Positions 12,338 to 24,568 of a DNA stretch of 64,000 nucleotides are shown in pieces. A program made the translations under genes and the position numbers. Every line of letters begins with the position of its first letter. Position 1 is the first letter of the stretch. The notes beneath the pieces were generated by a model. The model saw only the letters and a program-made list of their open reading frames with translations. It did not search any database and had not been told where the DNA came from. Source of the stretch: Octopus bimaculoides (lineage: Eukaryota); contig NC_069000.1 in the NCBI RefSeq assembly GCF_001194135.2, positions 33,599,032 to 33,663,031 on the forward strand. Direction: 5' to 3'.

Positions 12338-12505
12338 AGAATTCACAAAAAAAACAAAAGACGAAGACAGGTAGTGTAGAAAACAAACAGATGTATTAGT
12401 ATAACGCTCGGGAATTGAAAAAGTCTTTAACGTTTCGAGCCTACGCTCTTCCACAGAAAGGAACACAGAAAGAAACAAGGAGAGAAACAAGCAGAGAAAA
12501 AAATG
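12334..12505 (-). mobile_element. PLE pseudo-LTR-like repeat containing an HHR-like motif (12423-12461)
   Basis: Near-identical to 18625-18810 and to the reverse complement of 24060-24195. Minus RNA CCUUU-CUGUGGA-A-GAGC-GUAG-GCUC-GAAA-CG-UU-AAAG. Confidence 0.6.
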
Positions 12506-12509
12506 TGTG

Positions 12510-12840
12510 TAAGGCATATGGCTCAGTGTTTAGACCGTCAGGCTCACAATTATGAGGTAGTTTGATTCCTGGACGGGACTGTGTGTTGTAATCTTGAGCA
12601 AGTCACTTTATTTCACGTTGCTTCAGTTCGCTCAGCTGTAGAAATGAGTTGTGACGTCACTGGTGCTAAGCTGTATTGGCCTTTGCCTTTCCCATGAATA
12701 ACATCAGTAGTGTGGAGATGGGAGGCTGGTATGTATGGGCGACTGCTGGTCTTCCATAAACAACCTTGCCCAGACTTTTGCCTCGGAGGGTAACTGTAAG
12801 TCCAATCCCATGGTCATTCACGACCGAAGGGTATCCCTAT
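12510..12840 (+). mobile_element. SINE family B copy
   Basis: Aligns by eye along its length with 8562-8845. Confidence 0.8.
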
Positions 12841-15419
12841 GATATTGGCAAAAATGATATCTGTGTTATATCCTGTAACATTATGGTCTGACAAACTGCT
12901 CACAGACTTTAAAAAAATAATTCCTGAGGATCAATATTATTGATGAAAATCTTTCAAGGCACAGCTTCAGTAAAAGAGTAAGTTACATCTGCCATCTTAT
13001 AAAAAGACACATAGACTCATAAGGCAATGTCGAGCATACACTATTCCAGTATGCTTAAGGCAGGAATGTACTTTAATCATAAATCTAATTGATGTATCAG
13101 GATTGGCCAATGACTAAACAACAAACAGTCATCTTTATCACGCTAAAATTTCAAGCCTGGTAATAGAGTGGTTTCTAATATTTTGCGTACCAGATTGCAA
13201 AAACCATATCCCTTGCAGTGCAGTACATTGTAGGAAAGAATTCTTATAATTATGGCAGGATTCCACCCCATGTCAAAAGAAACTGATAGTTAAGCCCTCA
13301 GTTACGTCCACATAACAACAATCATCTGTATATTAACAACCATCATGTTATCCCTCTGTTTTCTTTCCTACTACCGCAATCGAATCAAAATGGTCGACTG
13401 ATCTGCATAAAGAAGCAATCACATTTCCCTCAAATTATGGCATGCTCTCTTGAAAAGAGAAGAAAACATGTGTGTCCAAGAATATGGATCTCCACCACCT
13501 TCGACGACAAGTGTTCAGTTGTTTGGTTAACTGAGATACCGTCTCATTGAATTAGCGTGAAAGTAGCTGAGTATTCCACAACCATGTGTACCCATAATGC
13601 AATTCCCAAACAGTATCAGCAAGACACCACCCCTAGAGCCTTTGTTATCATAGTATTTTGACTGTGTAGATGATGTTTTAGAAGGAAAAATTGCAATTTA
13701 ATGTGTTGTAAAAAAAAAGATTCAATGAAACTGCCCGGTCGTGGGGTCGAGTGGTGTTCATTTCAGTTTTCATTTTTCAATTCCATCTTTTTCATTCGTT
13801 TTCATTTCTTCTCTCATTTTGTCTGTTCTTGTTTGTCCCCTCTATGTTAGGCCCTGTGTGGCCAAATAAAGAAATAGTGAGATTTGGGATGTAGCAGAGA
13901 GAACACGAATGACGAGTTAGACTGAAGAGAGTTAATATCACCACATAACGAGCTATCACCCACTGCAACACAAAACTTGCAGTAACTTTTCAAATACTAT
14001 TACAAAAACATCCAAACTTTCTCAACATTTGTTGTAATACTATTTCAATTACACCAAGTACAATAACACTCCAAATCTCTCAACTGAATAAAAGTTTGTT
14101 CGTAAAAACCTCATAATATTTCGTCATTTTCTTCTATGTACAACTTATTTACCCCTGAACGCTAGAGATAACAGCCAGCACACAACAGCGAACTGACAGC
14201 CTCCAGTATCAGCAATTATATAGAGCTCCTAGCATCTAATCAGCACAAGCATAAGTGGACACGATATCTACCAGCCACATATTATTTTATGTATAAAAGC
14301 CCATGTGATTCTAGCTCAGATAAATGCTGAATCCTGTCTTTCATCTTTGTTTATTGCAGTTACATTGTTCGAAGATTGTACAATAGCTGCTTTTACTACA
14401 AACTGGCAAAGGACTGTTTTTTGTATTGTAAGGTTTGACAGTATTGTCTGACATAGTTGGCTATTTGCAACTGCAGCCAAAAGAAAGGACGTTTGGTTGA
14501 AATACATAAATTGAAGTCTATAAAAAATCTTTGTTTCCATGTCCTTTATTTTAGGGCTTAGGTATGCTGCACTTTAGTAAATGAATAAGTTTTAAATGAT
14601 TTGGTGGATGAGTATAATTCTTATATGTGTGTAAATCTGAATACATACAGAGATATATACATGCATGGGCATGTCCATATGGACTACATTAGCACTCTTA
14701 CAAGTTTGATAAAGTCTGACTTAATTAGCAATTTATTGTTCGTAATAAAGATTTAATAGACAATTAGACTAATAAAAAAAAACTCTAACGATGACTTTTC
14801 AATCGCGCTCATTGAAGCTCTTTGTGAAAATCTGAACACAAGAAGAGCAATACAAACCCTTTTCTCTTATCTGTGATTTTGTTTTCCTCTGCTGTCTTTA
14901 TTTCTGATGTAGTGTATTTCAGGCAGTTAATTTTTACACTATAATACCTGCAGATTAAGAACTTCAGTCTTGACAAAATGGTGACATAACTAGAGGTACT
15001 AAAGCTTTTTTTAATTTTTACCTGCGCAAGGAGTGCAGTTACCTGGTTGAGTGTACAATTGTACAAACGCCTCTAAAAGCAGGCAAATATGGAATTGTAG
15101 TAGAGAGAAAAGTTAAATTCAAATGGAAGCTAGATAGTAAGGGTGGGAACTGGCAAATGAGGTTGAATATATTCCTCAACAAGAAAATAAGAATGCATCA
15201 ATCGCGTTCATTCTGATCGAGGCCTGTCAAGGAATTAGCAACCATGTTTGAGGTTGTGTAAATGATGAATCTTATATTCGCCACTGAAGAAGAGCCAAAA
15301 GCACCAGTTCCCAAAACTAGTCGCTTTCCACGATGAACTATCTAAAAGTGATCTTTTAATAGAAATACCAAAGCTGGAAGGCACCAGAGGGCAGTAAAGA
15401 TTAATCAGGTAAAAGCTTT

Positions 15420-15630
15420 TGTAGAATCCTTTCCAACACTTTCACTTAGCCTCAACTTAGTTCTAGCAATTTCTGTATGCATACTTTTGAAAGTTTTTCA
15501 AAGCAGAAAGTATTTAAGATTTATTTGAGATCTACCATGAGACATCAAGGCTTTCTAATCTTGTGACATAATTAATTAAAAGGAAGTTGGCGAAAAACCT
15601 TGATTTCTATGAAGTGATTTACAAGTCCTC
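15420..15630 (+). pseudogene. hAT transposase C-terminal dimerisation-domain remnant (element probably extends upstream to ~14500)
   Basis: With frameshifts reads ESFPTLSLSLNLVLAISV..ESFSKQKVFKIYLRSTMRHQ.LSNL...KRKLAKNLDFYEVI, matching the FP.L...L...ERSFSKLK.IK.YLRSTM.Q.RLS.L motif. Confidence 0.7.
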
Positions 15631-16849
15631 CGCTTTGAAGATCAAGATATGCAAGTTCTGAATTAATTAAGATGTTCGTTAAATGCTAAAATGCTAGTGT
15701 ATAAGTTTCTGGCATTATTTCATTTATGGGAATATTTCCATATATTTTTGTCAACATGTTCTATATGATTTGAACTATTATTAGTAATCCTAGTCTATTA
15801 GTATTATGTTATGTAACAATATACTTTAATGTTAAATTATATTCATTCAGTTGAAACATCATCGCATGCTTGAAACTGTTTTCATCTTTATCACGCAAAA
15901 GTAATTTCAAAAACAGCCCTCTTTTTTTTTTTCTCTCTCAAAATATAGCAGAATGTTCAAATAAAAGGCAAAATATTCTTTTCTACTCTAGGCACAAGGC
16001 CCGAAATTATGGCGGTACCCCAGAATGGCCGCAGTCTAAAGATTGAAACAAGTAAAAGAAGATACTTGAAGGTGTTGGGTTCAGAACAGTTTTAGACGTG
16101 GTAACTAAACCAAGCTAAATAATAATTTTAAAAAATACTGCTGGAGTCAAGCAGTTAAGGTAAACATATCTAATTACGAAGACATGATATTGCGTATATA
16201 TATNNNNNNNNNNNNNNNNNNNNNNNNNNNNNNNNNNNNNNNNNNNNNNNNNNNNNNNNNNNNNNNNNNNNNNNNNNNNNNNNNNNNNNNNNNNNNNNNN
16301 NNNNNNNNNNNNNNNNNNNNNNNNNNNNNNNNNNNNNNNNNNNNNNNNNNNNNNNNNNNNNNNNNNNNNNNNNNNNNNNNNNNNNNNNNNNNNNNNNNNN
16401 NNNNNNNNNNNNNNNNNNNNNNNNNNNNNNNNNNNNNNNNNNNNNNNNNNNNNNNNNNNNNNNNNNNNNNNNNNNNNNNNNNNNNNNNNNNNNNNNNNNN
16501 NNNNNNNNNNNNNNNNNNNNNNNNNNNNNNNNNNNNNNNNNNNNNNNNNNNNNNNNNNNNNNNNNNNNNNNNNNNNNNNNNNNNNNNNNNNNNNNNNNNN
16601 NNNNNNNNNNNNNNNNNNNNNNNNNNNNNNNNNNNNNNNNNNNNNNNNNNNNNTATCACTTGCTAGAAAATGACCTCATTTTTACATACACCAGAAATAT
16701 AGCTCAAGAAAACTTTCACCAAAACAAGACACTACATCACCTTCTAAAGCAAACAAACAAAAAAAGTGTTCCCCCCTAAAACGTTAATCAATCAAAACGT
16801 AGCTACTAGAACTGTATCGGATCCACGGATCGGTGCTCGATGGTCTCAT

Positions 16850-17660
16850 GTCATTTCCACCTAGACACTCCCCACTAATCCCCTCTAGTGACCATTCTTT
16901 TGGTCATTCCTTAACATCGAATCTCAGTCCTTCTTACCCAGAATGCAGACCGATCCTGTTTCAGTATTAGACAAGATTACCATAAAAGCATTTCCCAGTG
17001 TGAAACACAATTTCACACAAGTACGTTGCTTTGCTGTCGTTCAACTTGTCACAAATCTTCGAGTCTGGAATAAATAAATGGTTATGCTGTCCACTATGGC
17101 GATAGTGGTGGTGTTGTTGGTTCCGTTCTCGTGTCTACAGCTGCTATAGCTTCTGCCGGTGGTATTGGCAGGGTTCGCTAGTATTTCGACTTGATAGATG
17201 ACCCCTTTGGTTTCAAAGCGGCCTCCTACCGGGAAAACTGTTGCGGTTCCTACATGAACAACCTGCCTCTTCCTGTAGGTTAGGGGCGCTAACCAGGATG
17301 CTCTTAATATTGGAGGCACAGCTAAACGAGACTCTAACGTTGTTCCTGATGAAAACGGGCCCGTGCCTATGGGGACTAGCGAAATGCTTGTCTATTAATT
17401 TAAGGAAAAGTCTACCCACGGACATTATTGTGTTAAGGGAGAAGGAGGCAAACCAAATTGTATTTCTGCGGCGATTCCTTCTGTGGCTGTTGGGTTTCGG
17501 CATGTAGAAGACGCGGTCCCTGAACCCGCTAGCAGCTAGGGTCGCGTTATAGTACGGGGCCGCTTGGTTGGAGGAAAGGCTCGTAATCCTCTTACAAACA
17601 CCCTTCATCAGGTTCTTGAACACGATGGGTGGGTGACAGGAGGCTGGGTTGGTGTACGTT
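16850..17660 (-). mobile_element. Penelope-like element: RT thumb/linker and GIY-YIG endonuclease start, frameshifted
   Basis: TYTNPASCHPPIVFKNL...RRNTIWF..FSLN...GRLFLKLIDKHF...NNVRVSFSCASNIKSIL...GCSCRNRNSFP, then shifted GGRFETKGVIYQVEI. This is the PLE pattern HPP...WF.PPFS...FLKLIDK.F...SYSC...CxCR..CP..G.C....VIYQA. Upstream part lies in a ~960-N gap. Confidence 0.85.
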
Positions 17661-18620
17661 NNNNNNNNNNNNNNNNNNNNNNNNNNNNNNNNNNNNNNNN
17701 NNNNNNNNNNNNNNNNNNNNNNNNNNNNNNNNNNNNNNNNNNNNNNNNNNNNNNNNNNNNNNNNNNNNNNNNNNNNNNNNNNNNNNNNNNNNNNNNNNNN
17801 NNNNNNNNNNNNNNNNNNNNNNNNNNNNNNNNNNNNNNNNNNNNNNNNNNNNNNNNNNNNNNNNNNNNNNNNNNNNNNNNNNNNNNNNNNNNNNNNNNNN
17901 NNNNNNNNNNNNNNNNNNNNNNNNNNNNNNNNNNNNNNNNNNNNNNNNNNNNNNNNNNNNNNNNNNNNNNNNNNNNNNNNNNNNNNNNNNNNNNNNNNNN
18001 NNNNNNNNNNNNNNNNNNNNNNNNNNNNNNNNNNNNNNNNNNNNNNNNNNNNNNNNNNNNNNNNNNNNNNNNNNNNNNNNNNNNNNNNNNNNNNNNNNNN
18101 NNNNNNNNNNNNNNNNNNNNNNNNNNNNNNNNNNNNNNNNNNNNNNNNNNNNNNNNNNNNNNNNNNNNNNNNNNNNNNNNNNNNNNNNNNNNNNNNNNNN
18201 NNNNNNNNNNNNNNNNNNNNNNNNNNNNNNNNNNNNNNNNNNNNNNNNNNNNNNNNNNNNNNNNNNNNNNNNNNNNNNNNNNNNNNNNNNNNNNNNNNNN
18301 NNNNNNNNNNNNNNNNNNNNNNNNNNNNNNNNNNNNNNNNNNNNNNNNNNNNNNNNNNNNNNNNNNNNNNNNNNNNNNNNNNNNNNNNNNNNNNNNNNNN
18401 NNNNNNNNNNNNNNNNNNNNNNNNNNNNNNNNNNNNNNNNNNNNNNNNNNNNNNNNNNNNNNNNNNNNNNNNNNNNNNNNNNNNNNNNNNNNNNNNNNNN
18501 NNNNNNNNNNNNNNNNNNNNNNNNNNNNNNNNNNNNNNNNNNNNNNNNNNNNNNNNNNNNNNNNNNNNNNNNNNNNNNNNNNNNNNNNNNNNNNNNNNNN
18601 NNNNNNNNNNNNNNNNNNNT

Positions 18621-19205
18621 ATGTGGTGAGAATTCACTAAAAAACAAAAGACGAAGACAGGTGGTGTAGACAACAAATGTGTTAGTATAACAAACAAATG
18701 TATTAGTATAACGCTCGGGAAGTGAAAAAGTCTTTAACCTTTCGAGCCTACGCTCTTCCACAGACAGGAACACAGAAAGAAACAAGGAGAGAAAATAAAG
18801 AATGTGTAATGGCTAGCGATCTATCATGGTGAATGCCGGACAGAAGGATCACACTGGAGAGCTAGGGAGAAGGGGAGATAATAAAGTAGTGGTGATCCCA
18901 AAATGAAGGTGCGCATGTGTGTGTATAAGAGAGTTTATATGTGCGTGTGGAAGAGAGCTGGTGATCTTGACGTGTGCGTGTGTGTTGTGTAGGTGTGAAA
19001 ATGTGGGGCTGGGAAGTGGTCAGTGCTGGTGTGTGCATGGTGGTGTGTTGTGATGTGACGTGTTGTTGTATGGTGGTGTATGGTGTAGTGGTGTGTGGTG
19101 TGGTGTGATGGTGTTGGGAGGTGAGAGTGGGGAAAGCAAGGGTGGGGTGTGGGTTAGGCTTAGGGTGGGGGTAGAGGGTTAGGCTGAGGGTGGGGGTCTA
19201 TATAT
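18621..19205 (-). mobile_element. PLE pseudo-LTR-like repeat with HHR-like motif (18730-18768)
   Basis: Same repeat as 12334-12505, plus a GT-rich extension. It lies upstream (minus sense) of the PLE ORF across the gap; linkage to that ORF is not proven. Confidence 0.6.
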
Positions 19206-19349
19206 ATAGGTTGTAATCAAAAACTGTATTCACGTTAGCAGCTGATAATTCAACTTTTATTTCTTTTTCAGATTAAACCAATTACAAATAATGAAGGGAG
19301 CCAGATTAAGTTTAGAATAAAAGAAATTTACCCTAAAGTGCTTCTGGAG

Positions 19350-19585
19350 GTTTGAAAATCAAAGCACCGAGACAGTTTATGGGAGAGTTACAAACAGAGC
19401 CATCTACACGACTTACCATTACTCGAATTAAATATAAGTTTGAAGCAAATGGAACTCTTCACAACGTCCACAAGGAATGTCTCGGAAGATCGTGGATTTT
19501 GATGAACCCCATAAAGAAAGATAGATTACTAGAAATGTATTGCCAGAGTTTAAGAAAATCTGCACGACTAGTGAGTGGAGAGCTG
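19350..19585 (+). pseudogene. Tc1/mariner-superfamily transposase N-terminal (DUF4817-type HTH) fragment
   Basis: PSTRLTITRIKYKFEANGTLHNVHKECLGRS...LLEMYCQSLRKSARL resembles the PTR.TI.RI..KFE.TG.V.D..K.RSGRP...SPRKS.R motif. Truncated at the HHR element. Confidence 0.55.
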
Positions 19586-19797
19586 CTAGAGATGGCAGCA
19601 TTAGGCCTTGCCCGAGGTATATACTTTTAAAGAGACACAGTTACTGATCTCGTAAAGAGGAAAACAATTAGTTTTAATTTTCTGAGCGAGAAGTAGTAAC
19701 AGTACTACAAAGTAAAATCTATTTACCAACGTAAAGTGGCAGTCCTGATTAGGATGATGTTGCTACCTTTTTTGCCCCATCTCTAGCCAACGGTTAT

Positions 19798-19842
19798 CCT
19801 GTGCCGATGAAGAGAAATAACCCAGAAACCATGGTCCGCAGG
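19798..19842 (+). ncRNA. Type I hammerhead ribozyme variant (minimal, palindromic stem III)
   Basis: Stem I CCUGUG/CGCAGG; core CCGAUGA+A; weak stem II GAG/CCC; A+GAAA; stem III ACCAUGGU palindrome; GUC cleavage triplet at 19834-19836. Confidence 0.65.
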
Positions 19843-20141
19843 TACCATTTAAGGTTGAGTGGGGACATTATACCTCCATTGTTCGAGGAATAAAGACGCA
19901 GTTGTGTCGGTAACCAGCTGAAAAAGATGTTTTCCAGGGGCCAAAGAAGGTAGTAACATCGTCCTAATCAGGACTGCCACTTTACGTTGGCAAATAGATT
20001 CTACTTTGTAGTACTGCTAATACTGATTTCTCGCTCAGAGATTTAAAACTGTTTTCCTCTTTACGAGATCAATGACTGTGTCACTTTAACAGTATATGCC
20101 TCGAGCAAGGCATAGTGCTGCCATCTTTAACCAACGGTTAC

Positions 20142-20186
20142 CATGTGCCAATAAAGAGAAATAACCTAGAAACCATGGTCTGCAGG
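20142..20186 (+). ncRNA. Second, decayed HHR copy of the tandem element
   Basis: CAUGUG-CCAAUAA-AGAGAAAUAACCUA-GAAA-CCAUGG-UC-UGCAGG. The core carries two G-to-A changes relative to copy 1. Confidence 0.5.
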
Positions 20187-20332
20187 TACTGTTAAGGCTT
20201 TGTTCGGGGTATAAAGACGCATTTGGGCGTCGGTAGCAAGCTGTAAATTAGGTTTTCCTGAAGTTTAAAAAAGGTAGTAACATTGTCCTAATCAGGACTT
20301 CTACTTTACGTTGGCAAATAGAGATTTTACTT

Positions 20333-20416
<84 letters not shown>

Positions 20417-21090
20417 CAATGGGAGTGGGATGGTAAACATTCAACTCTGAAAAGAAAAATCGAACAGTGTTTCAACTCTGTGTGAGTATACGTATGTGTG
20501 TGCGTGTACAAGGGAAGTATGTGAAGTGTATTAATTTGATTTATCATCCTTATTCTATCCAGTACTTAGTCACAGCCAACTTTGTGTTGCCTTAAGTCGT
20601 ACAAGAGGGAGGGAAAATTTTTTAATTCTTTTGAAAAAATCAAGCAGTCAAAGAATGTTAGTTGCTGAGAGATTTTTCACAAAAAATTTGGTAATAAAAG
20701 AATTATTAAACTAAAATAAACTTGGTTTTGTACCTTATTTATATATAAAACACTACAATTAGCAGTTGTTTTTGACGGCACGTAGCCAGCTGCGAAGACT
20801 TTTGAATTTTACCATTAAGCTGTAATTAGCAGAACCATATACACGCGCACCTATGGCGGTGGGCAACTTTGTATGGGGTTCTGATGATTATGGTTCCATT
20901 ACAAATCAGGCTGAAGAGAAATAGACAGTCGGTAAGATTGTTAAATTTTGAAACCGGTCCCTGTTTAATAATGTTCCTTTTTCGGTGATTTTAAATGTCT
21001 TGCCCGCTTACGTTTTGGTATCACGCTATATTTCATGTTGAGAACAATTTAGGTCTTATTAGCCACAAGATGTGATCTATTTCTAGCACA

Positions 21091-22403
21091 TTGGGTCATC
21101 TCATAAATAGTGCGCTTTTTTCAATTGCATGAACTAAAAGTCGGAAGGGCACGGGATAAACTACCCGCATCAACTTGCTATAAAAGCAGCTAGTAATTTT
21201 ACCTTGTACTTATTCTTTATGCAAGTTTTGAAGAGTGCAGTTCGATCTTAACAGATATTTTTTTCAAAGCTATAATGGAAGTGACAAAGAATCATATTCG
21301 GCACACTTTATAAGTTCAACAACGCAACGGAATGTGCGAGGAATATTAATGCAGCATATGGGGATCAGACAATAAGCATAAGCCAGTGTCAACGGTGGTT
21401 CCAGAAATTCCGAGCCGGAAACTACAGCCTAAAAAACGAGCCGCATCCTGGAAGATCTGTAGAGTTCGACGAGGACGTTCTGCAAACCCTGGAAGAACAA
21501 AATACCATTGTAACTATAAAGGAATTAACAGAGATGCTTGGATTTGGTCATTCAACCATTCATCGACACCTGCGTATCTTCGGAAAAGTCAGCAAATTGA
21601 GTCAATAGGTTCCTCACAAACTTTCCTAGTCTAATCGCGCGCAGAGAGTGAATGTGTGATCTTCTTTGCTGTTACGTCTCACGAATGAACCTTTTACGGA
21701 TCGAATNNNNNNNNNNNNNNNNNNNNNNNNNNNNNNNNNNNNNNNNNNNNNNNNNNNNNNNNNNNNNNNNNNNNNNNNNNNNNNNGTCAAGTGCCGAAGA
21801 CAGTGGGTAGAAAAAGGAGAAACACCGGCAATCCAAGCTGAAGAGGGTCTTCACCCACGTAAAGTGTTGTTATCTGTTTGGTGGGATATGAAAGGTTTAG
21901 TCCACTTTGAACTTTTAAACCCAAACCAAATGATAACATAGAAGATCTACAGCAAGCAGCTTGAGCGGCTTAAATCAGCCCTAAATGGAAAACGACCATC
22001 TTTGGTTTCAAGACGAAAGGTGTTCTTCCATCAGGATAATACTCGGCCACACACAGCGAGGATGACATTCCAAAGTCTGGAGAAGTTTGAATGGGAAACG
22101 ATACCCACCCACTATATTCGCCAGACATTGCCCCATCTGATTATCATTTATTCCGCAGTCTTCAAAATCATTTAGACGGGAAAAAATATGAATTCTGTAG
22201 AAGAGGTCAGAACAGAACTGGAGGAGTATTTTTCGTCACGAACAAGTGAATTTTGGAGGCGGGACCTTGCACGTCTACCAGATAGATGGAAAAGCATTGT
22301 AAAAAATGAAGGAGAGTATATTTTAGATTAAAAAAGAATTTTATCTTAATTTTGAAAAATAAAAAGAGTATTAAAAAACCGTATTAATTATGGGATGACC
22401 CAA
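21091..22403 (+). mobile_element. Full-length decayed mariner (D,D34D) transposon
   Basis: ~30-bp TIRs TTGGGTCATC(T/C)CATAA... at 21091 and inverted ending at 22403, followed by TA (left flank CA). Transposase 21275-22331 with stops and frameshifts: QRWFQKFRAGNYSL, VPHKL, LHPRKVLLSVWWD, HQDNTRPH, YSPDIAPSDYHLF. Confidence 0.95.
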
Positions 22404-23190
22404 TATATATATATATATACTGAATATTCTCTGATCTATTCACAGTATATGTTTCCAGTGAAACTAAAATAAATTTCACATGTCCATTTATTCAAAACAA
22501 CAGTTTGTTGACTCTTTTGTTGTGCATATATGAATGCATCCATATTCATATACATACATATCATATCATATAGATACACTATAATATCGATTGGTTCAGC
22601 AAGAGTGACAGCTGTAGTAACAAAGGTAATAATACTATTTAAATAAAGGTTAATACAGGGGGGAATTGTTGAGAAAACAGCTGGTCCAACCATCAAAATA
22701 GCATAGATAAATTGTAATACCATTTTCTATGCAAACAAGAACAATAAACGAACAGGAATATAATGAATGCATTAATGAAAAAGAATAATATGAGCTTACT
22801 ATTAGCATTGTGATTCTATTAATTTATTGATTTTATATCGTACATACATACATACATACATGCATACATACATACATGTGTGTGGGGAGGACATTTGTAT
22901 ATATATATATATATATNNNNNNNNNNNNNNNNNNNNNNNNNNNNNNNNNNNNNNNNNNNNNNNNNNNNNNNNNNNNNNNNNNNNNNNNNNNNNNNNNNNN
23001 NNNNNNNNNNNNNNNNNNNNNNNNNNNNNNNNNNNNNNNNNNNNNNNNNNNNNNNNNNNNNNNNNNNNNNNNNNNNNNNNNNNNNNNNNNNNNNNNNNNN
23101 NNNNNNNNNNNNNNNNNNNNNNNNNNNNNNNNNNNNNNNNNNNNNNNNNNNNNNNNNNNNNNNNNNNNNNNNNNNNNNNNNNNNNNNNNT

Positions 23191-24041
23191 TTAATATCAT
23201 CTCCTTTGAAATAGCTACCTTGCGCAGCACTACACCGGTTCCAGCGTTCTTGCCTCCTTTGGAATCCGACCGGGAATTCGTCTCCCGTAACCGAGTCGAA
23301 GACCTTTTGCGATTCGCTCTGGGTCTCGACAACGGTGTTAAAACGGCGACCTTTGCGCTGCATTTTCATCTAGGGGAAGAGATGGAAATCCGCAGGTGCT
23401 ACATCTGGCGAATAGAGTGGGTGAGAAGGCGATACCTTGTTATTTTTGGCGAGAAACTCACAAGTGAGGAGAGCTCGGTGACAGGGTTAACTGTCGTCGT
23501 GAACAATCCAATTCTTTGCGCTCCACAGATCCGGTCACTTTTGTCAAATGTCCTCCTTCAAACGCTTCAAAACTTCGCATTAGAACCCTCCACTGACAGT
23601 CTGGCCGTAGGCGACAAATTCTCGATGTATGTCACATTTCCGGTGGCAACACACGTGGCAGGTCTTCCAAATGGCTCATCGTCTTTCAGGGACATTCTTG
23701 CGCCTTTGAAGCCCGTGTCACTCGAAACATTGCGTACGACTCATTGCCTCGTCACCGTAAGATTGCCGAAGCATGCTGATTGTCTCTGTAGCAGACTTCC
23801 CAAGTTTAACGCAAAATTTCACGTGTTGGCTCTTTGTTCCTGTCCATGATAAAATCGCAGACTATAGCATACACGTGATCACAAAAACACAAATTTCACA
23901 ACTTGCTAAGAGAGCTCAGTAATGTTACTCGACACACTGCCTCATGAAGGTCACTGCTAGCTTTCACTGCGCACGCAACCGTGTGCTGCCATCAGTTGGC
24001 GCGCTACAGAACTAGTCTGGGAACTTTTTGATACCGCCTCA
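23191..24041 (-). mobile_element. Internally deleted mariner of a second subfamily (other TIR lost in the N gap)
   Basis: TIR TGAGGCGGTATCAAAAAGTTCCCAGACT inside TA at 24042-24043. Minus strand [40 protein letters not shown]...DEPFGRP joins directly to EFVAYGQTV...HPLYSPDVAPADFHLFP...RWNRCSAAQGSYFKGD; the WVP and first-Asp regions are missing. Confidence 0.9.
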
Positions 24042-24059
24042 TACACACACACACACACG

Positions 24060-24195
24060 CGTTCCTTTCTGTTGAAGAGCGTAGGATCGAAACGTTAAAG
24101 ACTTTCTCTATTCCCGAGCGTTATACTAATACATCCATTTGTTGTTTACACCACTTGTCTTCGTCTGTTGTTTTGTTTTTTTTTTCGTAAATTCT
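24060..24195 (+). mobile_element. PLE pseudo-LTR-like repeat with HHR-like motif (24064-24102)
   Basis: CCUUU-CUGUUGA-A-GAGC-GUAG-GAUC-GAAA-CG-UU-AAAG; reverse complement of the 12334 and 18625 copies. Confidence 0.6.
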
Positions 24196-24408
24196 CCCAT
24201 ACATAACACACACTCACGTGGTCGCACCAGCTACTCCTGTCTCTACTCATCACACACGAACTTCTGGACTCTCTACCTTTTTTCATTCTGGACTTATCTA
24301 TTCTGAACTTTGCTCTCTCCGGCTGCACCTCTCCTACCCACGGATTACGCTGTACCNNNNNNNNNNNNNNNNNNNNNNNNNNNNNNNNNNNNNNNNNNTA
24401 TATATATA

Positions 24409-24568
24409 TTATTTAAAAGAGTTCCAACTCTGTCTGTTTTTTATGCTTTTTATTTATATTCTTGTAAAATTTATGTGGGATATAGAATATGGAATATATA
24501 ATATAAATTTTACAAGAATATAAATAAAAAACATAAAAAACAGACAGAGTTGGAACTCTTTTAAATAA
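24409..24568. repeat. Fold-back inverted repeat, 66-bp arms, 28-nt loop
   Basis: 24409-24474 is the reverse complement of 24503-24568 with one mismatch. Confidence 0.95.

Larger units (their letters stand above)
19586..20333 (+). mobile_element. HHR-containing tandem element (344-nt unit x ~1.6) preceded by an inverted ~189-nt arm; retrozyme/PLE-pLTR-like
   Basis: 19586-19774 is the reverse complement of 19942-20130. 19775-~19990 repeats directly at about 20120-20333. HHR cores at 19804 and 20148 are 344 nt apart. Confidence 0.75.

Noticed and set aside
15290-15330. CTGAAGAAGAGC...GCAC resembling an HHR core
   Set aside because: No GAAA after the putative stem II, and it lies within the hAT remnant region.
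22827-23849. 340-aa plus-strand ORF
   Set aside because: Antisense shadow of the minus-strand mariner plus an N gap.
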